From an uncultured virus (IMG/VR IMGVR_UViG_3300030108_002488) (taxonomy: Duplodnaviria; Heunggongvirae; Uroviricota; Caudoviricetes), in the IMG/VR virus record IMGVR_UViG_3300030108_002488, positions 1 through 64,000 of that record: a stretch of 64,000 nt of DNA; one strand, written 5' to 3'. The position numbers and the translations under genes were made by a program. Below are positions 38,464 through 47,748 of the stretch, in pieces. A model generated the notes under the pieces. It saw only the letters and a program-made list of their open reading frames with translations, searched no databases and was not told the origin of the DNA. Position 1 is the first letter of the stretch. The number at the start of each line of letters is the position of its first letter.

Positions 38464-38881
38464 AGACGACAATGGATTCTTTATCGGATTGGGCTACATT
38501 TTAGCATCAATGCGATTCAAAGTTTACATAGTGAAGAAAGCAGACAACACAGCAGGGTTTCAAGTAAGACGGAAAATCTACTGGTCACAGAAGAAACCAA
38601 GGTTACCTATGGTCCCGAAGATAGACTATGTACTATCTATTGCGGCTATGGGGTATCAAGATGAATATACCACTGGTGACCATTTGAATAGAATAGTACA
38701 GTTAGTAAAGAAACTGGATAATGAATATAACATAAGAGATTCATTTGTTGACCAAATAGGATTTCATATGCTTTGCTGGACAATTGATAATCCCCATCCA
38801 CAAAACTATGAAGAGTTTGTAGAGTGGGCTTTAGCATTTGATGATGAAGAAAAAATGATGGTGGAATTCGATGAAAACTGA
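38438..38881 (+). CDS. Possible inactive LAGLIDADG-fold protein
   Basis: LGYILASMRFKVYIVKK....GFQVRRKIYWSQ resembles the LAGLIDADG hairpin without the acidic residues. Confidence 0.4.
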   Translation: MTRIIRQSEDDNGFFIGLGYILASMRFKVYIVKKADNTAGFQVRRKIYWSQKKPRLPMVPKIDYVLSIAAMGYQDEYTTGDHLNRIVQLVKKLDNEYNIRDSFVDQIGFHMLCWTIDNPHPQNYEEFVEWALAFDDEEKMMVEFDEN

Positions 38882-38905
38882 TTCAGTATATAAAGAAACA
38901 GTATT
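38882..38905 (+). promoter_or_regulatory. Early promoter motif, copy 6
   Basis: TTCAGTATATAAAGAAACAGTATT at the head of the replication operon. Confidence 0.75.
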
Positions 38906-38932
38906 ACAGATTTTAGAAAAGAGGGAGATAAA

Positions 38933-39448
38933 ATGAAAGTTAGATTTGGTAAAAGACAATTAAAAACTATAAGGGCTGGTATTAAGCATCTAAATAATCA
39001 TGCACTTGACATCTTTGAGGCTCAATTTAATGAGAACGAAGATGAAAGTGGTGAATGGTTACCGATTGAAGGATGGCCCGCTTCCCTTACACCTAAAGTT
39101 CATGAAAATCTTCATGAAGCACTTGGTTTACTTCAAGGTGCATTTGCTGTGCAAAGTGAGGAAGACGATTATTTAAAGAAACAGAATGGTAAACCGAATG
39201 TTACTCTTGATACTTCAATTTTCAAAACAGATGTTATGCGTTGTGCTGCTCGTTGGCTCTTAGTTGATAGTGTTGATTTAAATTTAGGAGAGCATAATGA
39301 AGTGGGTTACGATATAGAATATAGAGACCATATGAGATTCAGAGAAAAACTTGAAAATAAAGTTGATGATATTGATTGGGGATTTGACGTAGACTACAGA
39401 TGTGGCTTTTTCTGCTGCTCAGAGGAGAGTGATGTTATTTGCTACTAA
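38933..39448 (+). CDS. Hypothetical acidic protein
   Basis: 171 aa ORF with RBS. Confidence 0.55.
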   Translation: MKVRFGKRQLKTIRAGIKHLNNHALDIFEAQFNENEDESGEWLPIEGWPASLTPKVHENLHEALGLLQGAFAVQSEEDDYLKKQNGKPNVTLDTSIFKTDVMRCAARWLLVDSVDLNLGEHNEVGYDIEYRDHMRFREKLENKVDDIDWGFDVDYRCGFFCCSEESDVICY

Positions 39449-40383
39449 ATGCAGAAGTACATTGTATAGAGGATATTGCTGGACAATCAGCATTTAAGAA
39501 AGATGCTATTGGTTGGAGAGAAGATGGTAAATATCCCGATGCTATTTTATTATATGGCCCCCCGGGAACTGGTAAGACTACAAGTGCTCATGTGATAGCA
39601 AGAGAACTACTTGGTGAATTTTACGACCCTATCAATTACATAGTCACGAATGCTAGTGACGATAGAGGTATTGATTTCATACGTAAAGACTTGAAACAGT
39701 GGAGTAAAGTTAGAGCCATTGGTGCTGACCGTAGAGTAATCATAATGGATGAGGCCGATGGTCTTACTCCTGCGGCTCAAGATGCGGCTAGACAAATTAT
39801 AGAAACTAATGCTGACACTACATTGTTTATCCTCACTGCTAATGATGTGAGTAAGATACGCCCTGCTATCAAGAGTAGGTGTGTATGTTATGAGTTCACT
39901 AAGATTTCAAATGAAGATGGTGCTAATCGACTCATGGATATTTTCCATCCACTATATGAATCTCGTGGACATAACACCGCTCGGAGAGATTCTTACATGA
40001 AACTAATGCAACATGTAGGTGGAGACCTACGTAGTGCAATAGCCATCGCTGAATTACATGATGAACCCGAAGAATTACTTTCTAAACTAAGTGACGAAGG
40101 TAATGGTAGTAAGACCGCTCTTGCGGCCATCAGTGGTGAGTATGGAGACATGCGTAAACAATTTTATTCGATGCTTGATAGAGGTATGAGTCTTACCTTT
40201 GTCATGAAAACATTTCACGAGAACCTAACCGAGTTCTTTGAGATGGATACAGATACAACATGGACAATCATGAGTGTACTAGGTGAAATGATACCTAACA
40301 TGTATGAATGGCCTATCGGTTCATATTCCTTTATAGATTGCTTTGTAGCGAGACTAAAAAAGGAGGTAGAAAAAAATGATTGA
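39439..40383 (+). CDS. rfcS: Replication factor C small subunit (clamp loader)
   Basis: GPPGTGKTT, NASDDRGID, DEAD, SRC, GDLR motifs. Confidence 0.92.
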   Translation: MLLNAEVHCIEDIAGQSAFKKDAIGWREDGKYPDAILLYGPPGTGKTTSAHVIARELLGEFYDPINYIVTNASDDRGIDFIRKDLKQWSKVRAIGADRRVIIMDEADGLTPAAQDAARQIIETNADTTLFILTANDVSKIRPAIKSRCVCYEFTKISNEDGANRLMDIFHPLYESRGHNTARRDSYMKLMQHVGGDLRSAIAIAELHDEPEELLSKLSDEGNGSKTALAAISGEYGDMRKQFYSMLDRGMSLTFVMKTFHENLTEFFEMDTDTTWTIMSVLGEMIPNMYEWPIGSYSFIDCFVARLKKEVEKND

Positions 40384-41683
40384 AGAAAAAGATAATGATA
40401 AAGAAGAATGGAAAGAACTACCAAGCGGTGTTCTTGAACGACTAGAAAAGTATGCTGAACGTATGAAAAGAGATATGAATACTGTTTACGCAGAGTTTCT
40501 AAAGTACATAGAACATCATGGTTGTTATAATTGGAAAGATGAAGAAGAAGACCTACTAGAGGATTGGACAGAACAAATGGTTGTTGAGTTTAGAACATCC
40601 AGTGGTTCAAGTATGTCAGGTATGATACCTTATGTTGGATGTTTTGTAGGAGTCGCTGAAAGAACCCAAGATAGACGTGTAAACTTAGTGAGAAGAGCGA
40701 AAAGAGATTTTACTCTTGATGCTAGTAATGCAGTAGATAGTGGGTTTGTAGGACACTATGAAAAATCAGGAGGAAAATGGATTCTTGTCACTAAAAACGG
40801 AAAAGAAGATGTGGGCTTGTCTACAGATGAAGTACCTGAACACACATTCATAGCAGATGGTGAAAGAATATGTTTACTAGCACAAAATGGTAAACCTAAA
40901 GCCATGTCTATGTTGGGTCGTTACTACTATTTCTTGGGTGCTCCTGAAGAACAATTTACTAATGACAACGCTATTCAAATGTGGAGATTAGACATGCAAG
41001 GTGAAGACAGAGATGCAGAAGTGATTATTGGTGAACCATGTACAATCATGGCTAGACCACCTAATGAAAATGCAGCAGAAGGTTGGAAAGATGTTCTAAA
41101 TGTATCTATGGGAACTCGTGATAACATAGTCTACAATGATGGATTTGTAAAAGCAGAAATGACTCATTTATTAAATCCATACAAACTATGGTTAGATAAA
41201 GAACTACATGGTATATACACACCATTGGAAGATTTAGTAGAGGCTTACGAAACAGGTAGTAGAAGTTTCACTATCAACGGTGAACAAGGTAAATCAGGAC
41301 CAATAGTATTCACTAAAGGTACAGTAAACCGTATGAGCACAGAAGGTAGAGATAGTGAATATGATGAAAGAGGTAAAAGTTACTCTTTGAGTTTGACATC
41401 CACAGGACTACACAGTTCTTACGGTCAAGGAAATAGTAGTGAAGTTATGTGTTGGATTAGCGGTGCTTGTAATGATTTAACAAGTCCTTTTGTTGCTAGA
41501 CAGGGCGAAGAAATCATACCTTATGCAGAACGCTCCACTGTTTTAGTTTGTGGACGTGTGGCTGTTAAGAGACAAGATGGTAGAGATATTCCTAGTTTGA
41601 AAGTGTTAGGTGTTTATGCTCACCCAAGAAGAATCAGGAAAAGAGAAGATGGTGGAGACACAAGTAAGTCTCAATTTGAATAA
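40376..41683 (+). CDS. Probable ssDNA-binding (RPA/OB-fold) replication protein
   Basis: Position in the replisome cluster, beta-rich C-terminus and acidic tail; inferred from context only. Confidence 0.4.
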   Translation: MIEEKDNDKEEWKELPSGVLERLEKYAERMKRDMNTVYAEFLKYIEHHGCYNWKDEEEDLLEDWTEQMVVEFRTSSGSSMSGMIPYVGCFVGVAERTQDRRVNLVRRAKRDFTLDASNAVDSGFVGHYEKSGGKWILVTKNGKEDVGLSTDEVPEHTFIADGERICLLAQNGKPKAMSMLGRYYYFLGAPEEQFTNDNAIQMWRLDMQGEDRDAEVIIGEPCTIMARPPNENAAEGWKDVLNVSMGTRDNIVYNDGFVKAEMTHLLNPYKLWLDKELHGIYTPLEDLVEAYETGSRSFTINGEQGKSGPIVFTKGTVNRMSTEGRDSEYDERGKSYSLSLTSTGLHSSYGQGNSSEVMCWISGACNDLTSPFVARQGEEIIPYAERSTVLVCGRVAVKRQDGRDIPSLKVLGVYAHPRRIRKREDGGDTSKSQFE

Positions 41684-41693
41684 GGTGATATAA

Positions 41694-42680
41694 ATGGCTG
41701 GATTTGGTAAGACAAAACAAATCATTGATGATTTAGAAAAAGATGATGGTATACCTATAGAGGTAGGTACTGTTGAAAAATCAGGAGACCCTTTCTCTGA
41801 CTTAAGAAATGAATATCATGTACTCGATAACACACCATTAACACACTTGTTCGTGGGTATAGCGGGACATGAAAACACAGGTAAAACCGCCATTGTTACG
41901 GACGCTTTTGTGAATGATAAGAAAGCGGAAGAACTTAATGAAGAACTTTGGATTATAGATTTTGAAGGTGGCGGTGCGGCTAATAAGTCCGCATTCCATA
42001 AAAACAATCCAAGAATCAAAATTTGGGAACCATCAGTGACATTGAAAGGTGAACCGTCAGCGATTGATTATCCCGCTACACATAAGCGTGTAATGAGGTT
42101 ATTACAATTTGCAGTTGATGTGGCACAAAAACAACGTACACCCGGCTATGAAGGCCCTAGATTATGGGGTTTACATGTAACAGGTGTTGATTTATGGGAT
42201 AATGTATGTGTTAATTGTATGCGCATAGTAGACCTCAATATTGCTAAGGATGGTATTGAAGCGGCTGATTGGAATAAAAAAGTAGGTCATCAATGGGATT
42301 GGGCTATTAGAAAAACTAGGTTCCATAATCTTACAGGATTGTGTAGGGCACTTATCAAAGCAGGTGTTAGAGTATTTTGGGAAACCCACTTAAGACTCAC
42401 GAACTATTCGTGGGGTAGTAGTGAGGAAGCAAATGCTAAATGGAGACCTGATTGGGAAAAAGCCTCTAACAATTTTATGTATCAAATATTGATGTGTAAT
42501 CGTAAAGATATATATGATGATGAAACAGGAGATGTGATACGTTCAGAGTACAACGTGACGTTTGAGAAAAGTAAAACTAATGCTAAATTACAAGGGCAGA
42601 AGAGAACAATTCTCGTAACTGAAACAGGTAAAGACCCTCAGTGGTTTGGATTACCTGAGTTGTATGATGGGACATTGTAA
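41694..42680 (+). CDS. RecA-fold ATPase (RadA/RadB/Sak4-like)
   Basis: GHENTGKT Walker A followed by IIDFEGG. Confidence 0.7.
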   Translation: MAGFGKTKQIIDDLEKDDGIPIEVGTVEKSGDPFSDLRNEYHVLDNTPLTHLFVGIAGHENTGKTAIVTDAFVNDKKAEELNEELWIIDFEGGGAANKSAFHKNNPRIKIWEPSVTLKGEPSAIDYPATHKRVMRLLQFAVDVAQKQRTPGYEGPRLWGLHVTGVDLWDNVCVNCMRIVDLNIAKDGIEAADWNKKVGHQWDWAIRKTRFHNLTGLCRALIKAGVRVFWETHLRLTNYSWGSSEEANAKWRPDWEKASNNFMYQILMCNRKDIYDDETGDVIRSEYNVTFEKSKTNAKLQGQKRTILVTETGKDPQWFGLPELYDGTL

Positions 42681-42813
42681 TACTCCACCCCTCACGGAGA
42701 AAAGGTTGACCAAGTAATAGCGGGAAAATGTTTTGGTTTAACTCTACAGAGTATAGGTATAGTGGTTTTTTTTACACGAACCCGCTTCCTTTTCTCTCAG
42801 GATAGGTGATAAC

Positions 42814-43569
42814 ATGGCTGAAATTAATATAAATAAAATACAATTAGTTGATTTCCTTACATCTTTTGGTAAGGATATAGAGGATGTGAAACTAGAAGCA
42901 AATTTAAACAACACTATTACAGTTGAGATTGCATTCATATCACATTATGTACGTAAGGTATTGTCTATCAACGGTAAAGTGACTAAAGCGGGTGTCATAG
43001 AAATAAGTGACTTACCCAAAGTCATACGATTTATTAAGGCAACTAATAGTGATACTATTAAATTAAAACAAACAGCATCAGGTAAAACACTCTACGTGAG
43101 CGCTGATGCATCAAAGTTGCAGATACCTTCTAGTAATACGATAGTGAGTTACTCCAAAGTGCCTATGATATCTAGGTTGATAGAAAAAGCAGAAGAGTCT
43201 AAGTGGACTATGTTTCACAAATCTGAACTATCTGTAACAGGCACTATTAATCTCACAGATTTAGATATAGTGAGTAAAATGCGTACAGTATTAGATTCAA
43301 ACCCTGTGTTTAAAATTGTAGCACATGCGGGTGAGAATGAGTTTAGCATCACGACTGGTAAGAAACATGGAGTGAAGTTATTCACTAGCACAGAATTGAA
43401 AGATGCAGATGGGCCTAATGTTTTGATAGAATCCACATTCGGACCTTGGTTGATGGAAACTATGGGTATACTGGATGATGGAGATGCAACAATACATTTC
43501 GGGGATTCTACAGTACTGGTTATAAAGCAACATCAAAATATGTTAATCGTTATAGACCAAAGAGCGTGA
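42814..43569 (+). CDS. Probable PCNA-like sliding clamp
   Basis: 251 aa with two-fold alpha/beta periodicity, directly upstream of PolB in a virus with RFC and PIP-box peptides. Confidence 0.55.
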   Translation: MAEININKIQLVDFLTSFGKDIEDVKLEANLNNTITVEIAFISHYVRKVLSINGKVTKAGVIEISDLPKVIRFIKATNSDTIKLKQTASGKTLYVSADASKLQIPSSNTIVSYSKVPMISRLIEKAEESKWTMFHKSELSVTGTINLTDLDIVSKMRTVLDSNPVFKIVAHAGENEFSITTGKKHGVKLFTSTELKDADGPNVLIESTFGPWLMETMGILDDGDATIHFGDSTVLVIKQHQNMLIVIDQRA

Positions 43570-43573
43570 TTGA

Positions 43574-45964
43574 ATGATTATAGATTGGTTTTATGATGAT
43601 GATGATTTTACCATTCCTAAGTTGTACGAGAGAACTCGTGACAAAGATGGAGTATTACATGAGCGTATCATATCAGAATCTGACGATGGGTACATGAGAC
43701 CTTTCTGTTGGATTCCTGAAAACACATCATCATGGAAAATACAAAGACTAAGTAATCGTTTTCCTAGTGCTAAAATACGTTGGGACGAGACATCTATAGG
43801 ATTGGATAAAGAGAAGTTAGTAAAACTAGAAGTTAGTAATCCTACAGACTTATGGGATATCAAAGACGAAATAAAAACTTATGAGGCAGATTTAGTTTAT
43901 GTAGACCAATATTTACTTTCTCAATATCCTGACAAAGTTCCTGACTTCCATCCTCGTATATGGTATTTCGATTTAGAATGGGATGTAGAAGATGGTTTTA
44001 CTACTGTGATGGCTGTCTCTGATACACATAACGAGCACAACGTGGTATTTGCTTGGAAAGAGGGTAAAGACCTAATGAGTTCAAAATGGGTGGACAGAGA
44101 GGGTGGTTATATGCTACATGAATTTTGTAGTGAGGAGGCTATGCACGAGGCTTTTATTCAACACTTGGATGTGTGTAATCCTGACATATTGGTGGCTCAT
44201 GCTATCATGTGGGCTGATTTACCACATCTCATAGAGCGTTTATCCGACCCTAATAGGTTGTCACCCATTAATCAAGTTACTAAACCGTTCAAAAATAAAA
44301 GAGGCTACAAAGACACTGCTCAACCGATTAAAGGTAGGTTGTGTTGGGATTCATCAGCACAACATAAACATGGTAGTGGTTTCGAAACTATTTGGCAGAT
44401 GTCAGGACGTGGTCAACTACCTAATCGTAAACTAAACACTATTGCTGAACAATTAGGACTAGGTAGTAAATTAACAGAGGAGATAGAGGGAATGACTGTA
44501 TACAATGGTTGGAGAGATTATTATGATTCATTCGTAGATTATTGTTTACGTGACACTACTCTGTTAAGAGATATAGATGAGAAATTAAATGCAACATCTT
44601 TCTTCATTGCTATGCAGCAACTCTGTGGTGTATCGTTTGGTAGCACACATAAGGTTACTAGATACTTTCGTGGACTGGTAGGTAGAAGAACAGAGATGAA
44701 AGCATTGAGCGCTAAGAACGTAAAAAGAGAAGCGCTTACTGCCGCTCATATCCCCGACCCCATTGGTGGTAGACACGAGGGTGTAGCGGTAGTGGATTAT
44801 GCATCTCTATATCCCAACATCATACTCAGTGATAATCTATGTCATACCACTAAAAGAGATAGTGGAGGAGAAGGGATTAAAACACTCGGTAATGGCACAC
44901 ATTGGTGTCAAAAAGAAAAAGGACTTCTACCTAAAATTGTAGAAGAAATGCTATCATTACGTAAAGAGTATAAACTAAAAATGAAAGAGGCCAAGAGTGC
45001 AGATGAAAAACTAAGTTATGATATGTTACAATCAGCAACTAAAGTGGCTGTAAACGCAATTTATGGTATGACGGGAATGAAATCTTTAGTGGGAATGTGG
45101 ATAGATTTAGACATAGCATCCGCTATCACTTATCGTGGTAGAGAGGCGATTAGACATTTACTGACTGAGAGTGAATTGCAAGGATATCAGTCACTCTACG
45201 GTCACACAGATTCAGCGTTCATTAAAGTGCCATTTGATGAGGCCCATGCATTAGCAGAGCATCTTACTAAGACTGCTCGTGATAAACTAAAATTATCGGC
45301 TATGGACGTAGAACTAGAGGCTTACTTTGATTATTGGACTACTGCTCCTATTAAGAATAGATACTTCGGGATTAAGGTGTGGCCTGAATCAGATGCTGGT
45401 ACTTTGAAAGTAGCGGGGTACGAAATGAAAGCATCCACCTCTGCTAAAATCACTAAAAGATTACAGAGTACCGCTATGCAGTTAGTGGGCACTGGTAAAA
45501 ATGAAGAAGAAGTCACCACTGAGTTACGTAAAATGTCTACTCCTGTTAGAGATGGATTGGCAGACATTAACGATGTAGTATGCTCTACACGCATATCCAT
45601 GCCTTTCAAGGATTACACATCACCTACCGCAGGTGTAAAAGCGGCTTTATATTATAATCAACAAATTGCTAAACATGAGAGTGATATGTGGAAGCAAGGA
45701 GATAGTGTCTCTTGGGTCTATGTGAAAGGAGTTAAGACGGACAAAGTAGACTATGTGAAGATAGGAGATAAACAAGAGAAAATTAGATTCGTGGCGTTTA
45801 GAGAAAAGGAAGAACTAGACGACTTCGTTATAGACTGGGGTAAGATAACAGACACCTTAGTCAAGAAAAAATTAATGCGTATTTATGAGAGCGTAGGTTG
45901 GGACGTGAATCCTGCCGCAGGTGCAATAGTACCTAAATCATATTTCGAGGAGGAAATAAAATGA
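43574..45964 (+). CDS. polB: Family B DNA polymerase
   Basis: Exonuclease FDLE and YCLRD; polymerase DYASLYP, KVAVNAIYG, YGHTDS. Confidence 0.95.
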   Translation: MIIDWFYDDDDFTIPKLYERTRDKDGVLHERIISESDDGYMRPFCWIPENTSSWKIQRLSNRFPSAKIRWDETSIGLDKEKLVKLEVSNPTDLWDIKDEIKTYEADLVYVDQYLLSQYPDKVPDFHPRIWYFDLEWDVEDGFTTVMAVSDTHNEHNVVFAWKEGKDLMSSKWVDREGGYMLHEFCSEEAMHEAFIQHLDVCNPDILVAHAIMWADLPHLIERLSDPNRLSPINQVTKPFKNKRGYKDTAQPIKGRLCWDSSAQHKHGSGFETIWQMSGRGQLPNRKLNTIAEQLGLGSKLTEEIEGMTVYNGWRDYYDSFVDYCLRDTTLLRDIDEKLNATSFFIAMQQLCGVSFGSTHKVTRYFRGLVGRRTEMKALSAKNVKREALTAAHIPDPIGGRHEGVAVVDYASLYPNIILSDNLCHTTKRDSGGEGIKTLGNGTHWCQKEKGLLPKIVEEMLSLRKEYKLKMKEAKSADEKLSYDMLQSATKVAVNAIYGMTGMKSLVGMWIDLDIASAITYRGREAIRHLLTESELQGYQSLYGHTDSAFIKVPFDEAHALAEHLTKTARDKLKLSAMDVELEAYFDYWTTAPIKNRYFGIKVWPESDAGTLKVAGYEMKASTSAKITKRLQSTAMQLVGTGKNEEEVTTELRKMSTPVRDGLADINDVVCSTRISMPFKDYTSPTAGVKAALYYNQQIAKHESDMWKQGDSVSWVYVKGVKTDKVDYVKIGDKQEKIRFVAFREKEELDDFVIDWGKITDTLVKKKLMRIYESVGWDVNPAAGAIVPKSYFEEEIK

Positions 45965-46095
45965 CAAAGAAAAAGAAGAAAACAAGACAAACAACATTAG
46001 ACGAATTTGGTTTTGAATTTACAGAACCAAAGGGGAAGAGCAAACAAAAAACATTGAAAGACTACGGGTTAGTTATAGAAGGAGAGGAAGAGTAA
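45961..46095 (+). CDS. 44-aa micropeptide with two PIP-box-like motifs
   Basis: Manual translation MTKKKKKTRQTTLDEFGFEFTEPKGKSKQKTLKDYGLVIEGEEE; GAGGAGG RBS; ATGA overlap with the polB stop. Confidence 0.7.
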   Translation: MTKKKKKTRQTTLDEFGFEFTEPKGKSKQKTLKDYGLVIEGEEE

Positions 46096-46226
46096 TGGGT
46101 AAAAATTTAAACACCGTTATCTGTAAAGAGTGTGAAGAAAACTTATGCTACTATGGTGCTGAGATTTGTACACCCTGTTTAGACGAATTACTTTTCATGT
46201 ACACAGGGATTAAGGTGAAACCATGA
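46095..46226 (+). CDS. 43-aa Zn-finger micro-protein
   Basis: MGKNLNTVICKECEENLCYYGAEICTPCLDEL..., coupled on both sides. Confidence 0.5.
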   Translation: MGKNLNTVICKECEENLCYYGAEICTPCLDELLFMYTGIKVKP

Positions 46227-46411
46227 GTAGAATAGAAGATGAAGTATGTAAAAAGATTAAAGCACGCTCTGACGTAGGTAAACAGAAGTATGGAGTTACT
46301 ATGGAAGAAGAAGAACTTTCACGTCTAGCGTGGCTCATACATGCACAAGAAGAGGCGATGGACTTAGCAGTGTACCTACAGAAGTTGATTGAGATGGAGG
46401 GAGGAAAGTGA
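46223..46411 (+). CDS. Small conserved phage protein (all-alpha, possibly NTP-pyrophosphatase-like)
   Basis: RSDVGKQKYGVT...WLIHAQEEAMDLAVYL. Confidence 0.6.
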   Translation: MSRIEDEVCKKIKARSDVGKQKYGVTMEEEELSRLAWLIHAQEEAMDLAVYLQKLIEMEGGK

Positions 46412-46451
46412 TTATCCGACTCATCATTGATTTGATTAGGGGGTATCTTGA

Positions 46452-47468
46452 GTGAGATTCAATCCTAACGATGAGAGAGAAAGCGTATATCCAAACGAAG
46501 AAATGAAGGAGTCTTACGAGAAGAGTTGTTACAATTGGCAGCCCACTATGGAAGATAAAATATTACGTGTAACTAAATCATCTTTAGGTACTTTTGAATT
46601 CTGCCCATTACAATATTATTATCAAAACGTTTTAGGTATACGTGGTGAACAAAAGGACTATCATATACGGGGTAGTAATATCCATGATGCTATAGAATGG
46701 TACTGGAAGGAAAGTAGAGATTATATGGATGGTGCTTTAAAATTATTAGAAAAAGGTGACAAAGAGTCTGCTAGAATGCAGTTGAGAAAAGCCATACCTG
46801 AACCACCCGAACCTTATGTTTACGGGGAGAAAGCACAGATATTGAAGTATACAGACTGGATGTTTGAAAGATTATTAAACATAGATGAGAGTGTTATAGA
46901 AGATTGGTATCCGATTGGTAATGAAGCAGAAATTCATGCCACTAGAACTGTCACAGCAAGCGATGGCACAGTTGTTCCAATACACATGAAAGGTTTCATA
47001 GATAGAATGTTTAGAGATGACGATGGTAAAGGAGTTGTACTAATGGAATTAAAGTCGGGTAAGTATACTAAATATAAACCAAAAGCCATGAGAGATGAAA
47101 TGCAATTCTATAGAATGATGTTAGAACATAGTTCGTACTTAGAATACACACCTGTTGTGGCTTGGGGATGGGCTTACCCCGGAGGAGGTATTAACGGTGG
47201 AGACGGGCCTAAATTTTTCTACGAAAGCGTTCATGGTAGAGGACCAACACTAGCGCCCAAAAGAGTTGAAAAGAACTTAGTCAAATTAGTAGACGCTCAT
47301 TTAAAAAATGAGTGGGATACCAAACACAATAAATCTTGTAGTGATTTTTGTAATCATGAAAAAATTTGTTTACCTTATTGTGACTTTGTAGATATGTGTC
47401 CCGCTTGGACAGGAGAGTGTTACGCTCCTGATTACACAATTTTTAAGGGGGGAGAAAATGACACCTAG
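46452..47468 (+). CDS. Cas4/RecB-like PD-(D/E)XK exonuclease
   Basis: CPLQYY, RGSNIH, GFIDR, ELKSG, QFY and a C-terminal Cys cluster (Fe-S). Confidence 0.85.
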   Translation: MRFNPNDERESVYPNEEMKESYEKSCYNWQPTMEDKILRVTKSSLGTFEFCPLQYYYQNVLGIRGEQKDYHIRGSNIHDAIEWYWKESRDYMDGALKLLEKGDKESARMQLRKAIPEPPEPYVYGEKAQILKYTDWMFERLLNIDESVIEDWYPIGNEAEIHATRTVTASDGTVVPIHMKGFIDRMFRDDDGKGVVLMELKSGKYTKYKPKAMRDEMQFYRMMLEHSSYLEYTPVVAWGWAYPGGGINGGDGPKFFYESVHGRGPTLAPKRVEKNLVKLVDAHLKNEWDTKHNKSCSDFCNHEKICLPYCDFVDMCPAWTGECYAPDYTIFKGGENDT

Positions 47469-47748
47469 TGGTTTACACACAGTTAGAGTGTTATTCAACG
47501 CTGCTATTAAATTAATCCACCCTGATTTAAGAGTGGAGATAGACACAGCATTAATTGAAAAAGACATAATGTATACTCCTTTTAGAGAGAGAACACATGG
47601 TGAATTTGATAATCTAGTGGGGGAGCGTTCTTCGGGATTACCGTTTGTACAAATTGTAATGCACCCTAGAATGTTAAAACTACAAAGGGTAGAGCAGACT
47701 CTTAAAGAAGTAGTTAAAAAATTAAATGACTATGTGGAGTGGAAATAA
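47458..47748 (+). CDS. Hypothetical protein
   Basis: 96 aa ORF. Confidence 0.5.
   Translation: MTPSGLHTVRVLFNAAIKLIHPDLRVEIDTALIEKDIMYTPFRERTHGEFDNLVGERSSGLPFVQIVMHPRMLKLQRVEQTLKEVVKKLNDYVEWK

Noticed and set aside
43574..45964. Intein in PolB, or a defective YGDTDS motif
   Set aside because: Length is normal with no intein motifs; YGHTDS keeps the catalytic TDS aspartate
46452..47468. Cas4-like gene as evidence of a CRISPR-Cas system
   Set aside because: No cas1/cas2 or array; stand-alone Cas4-like nucleases are common in archaeal virus replication modules
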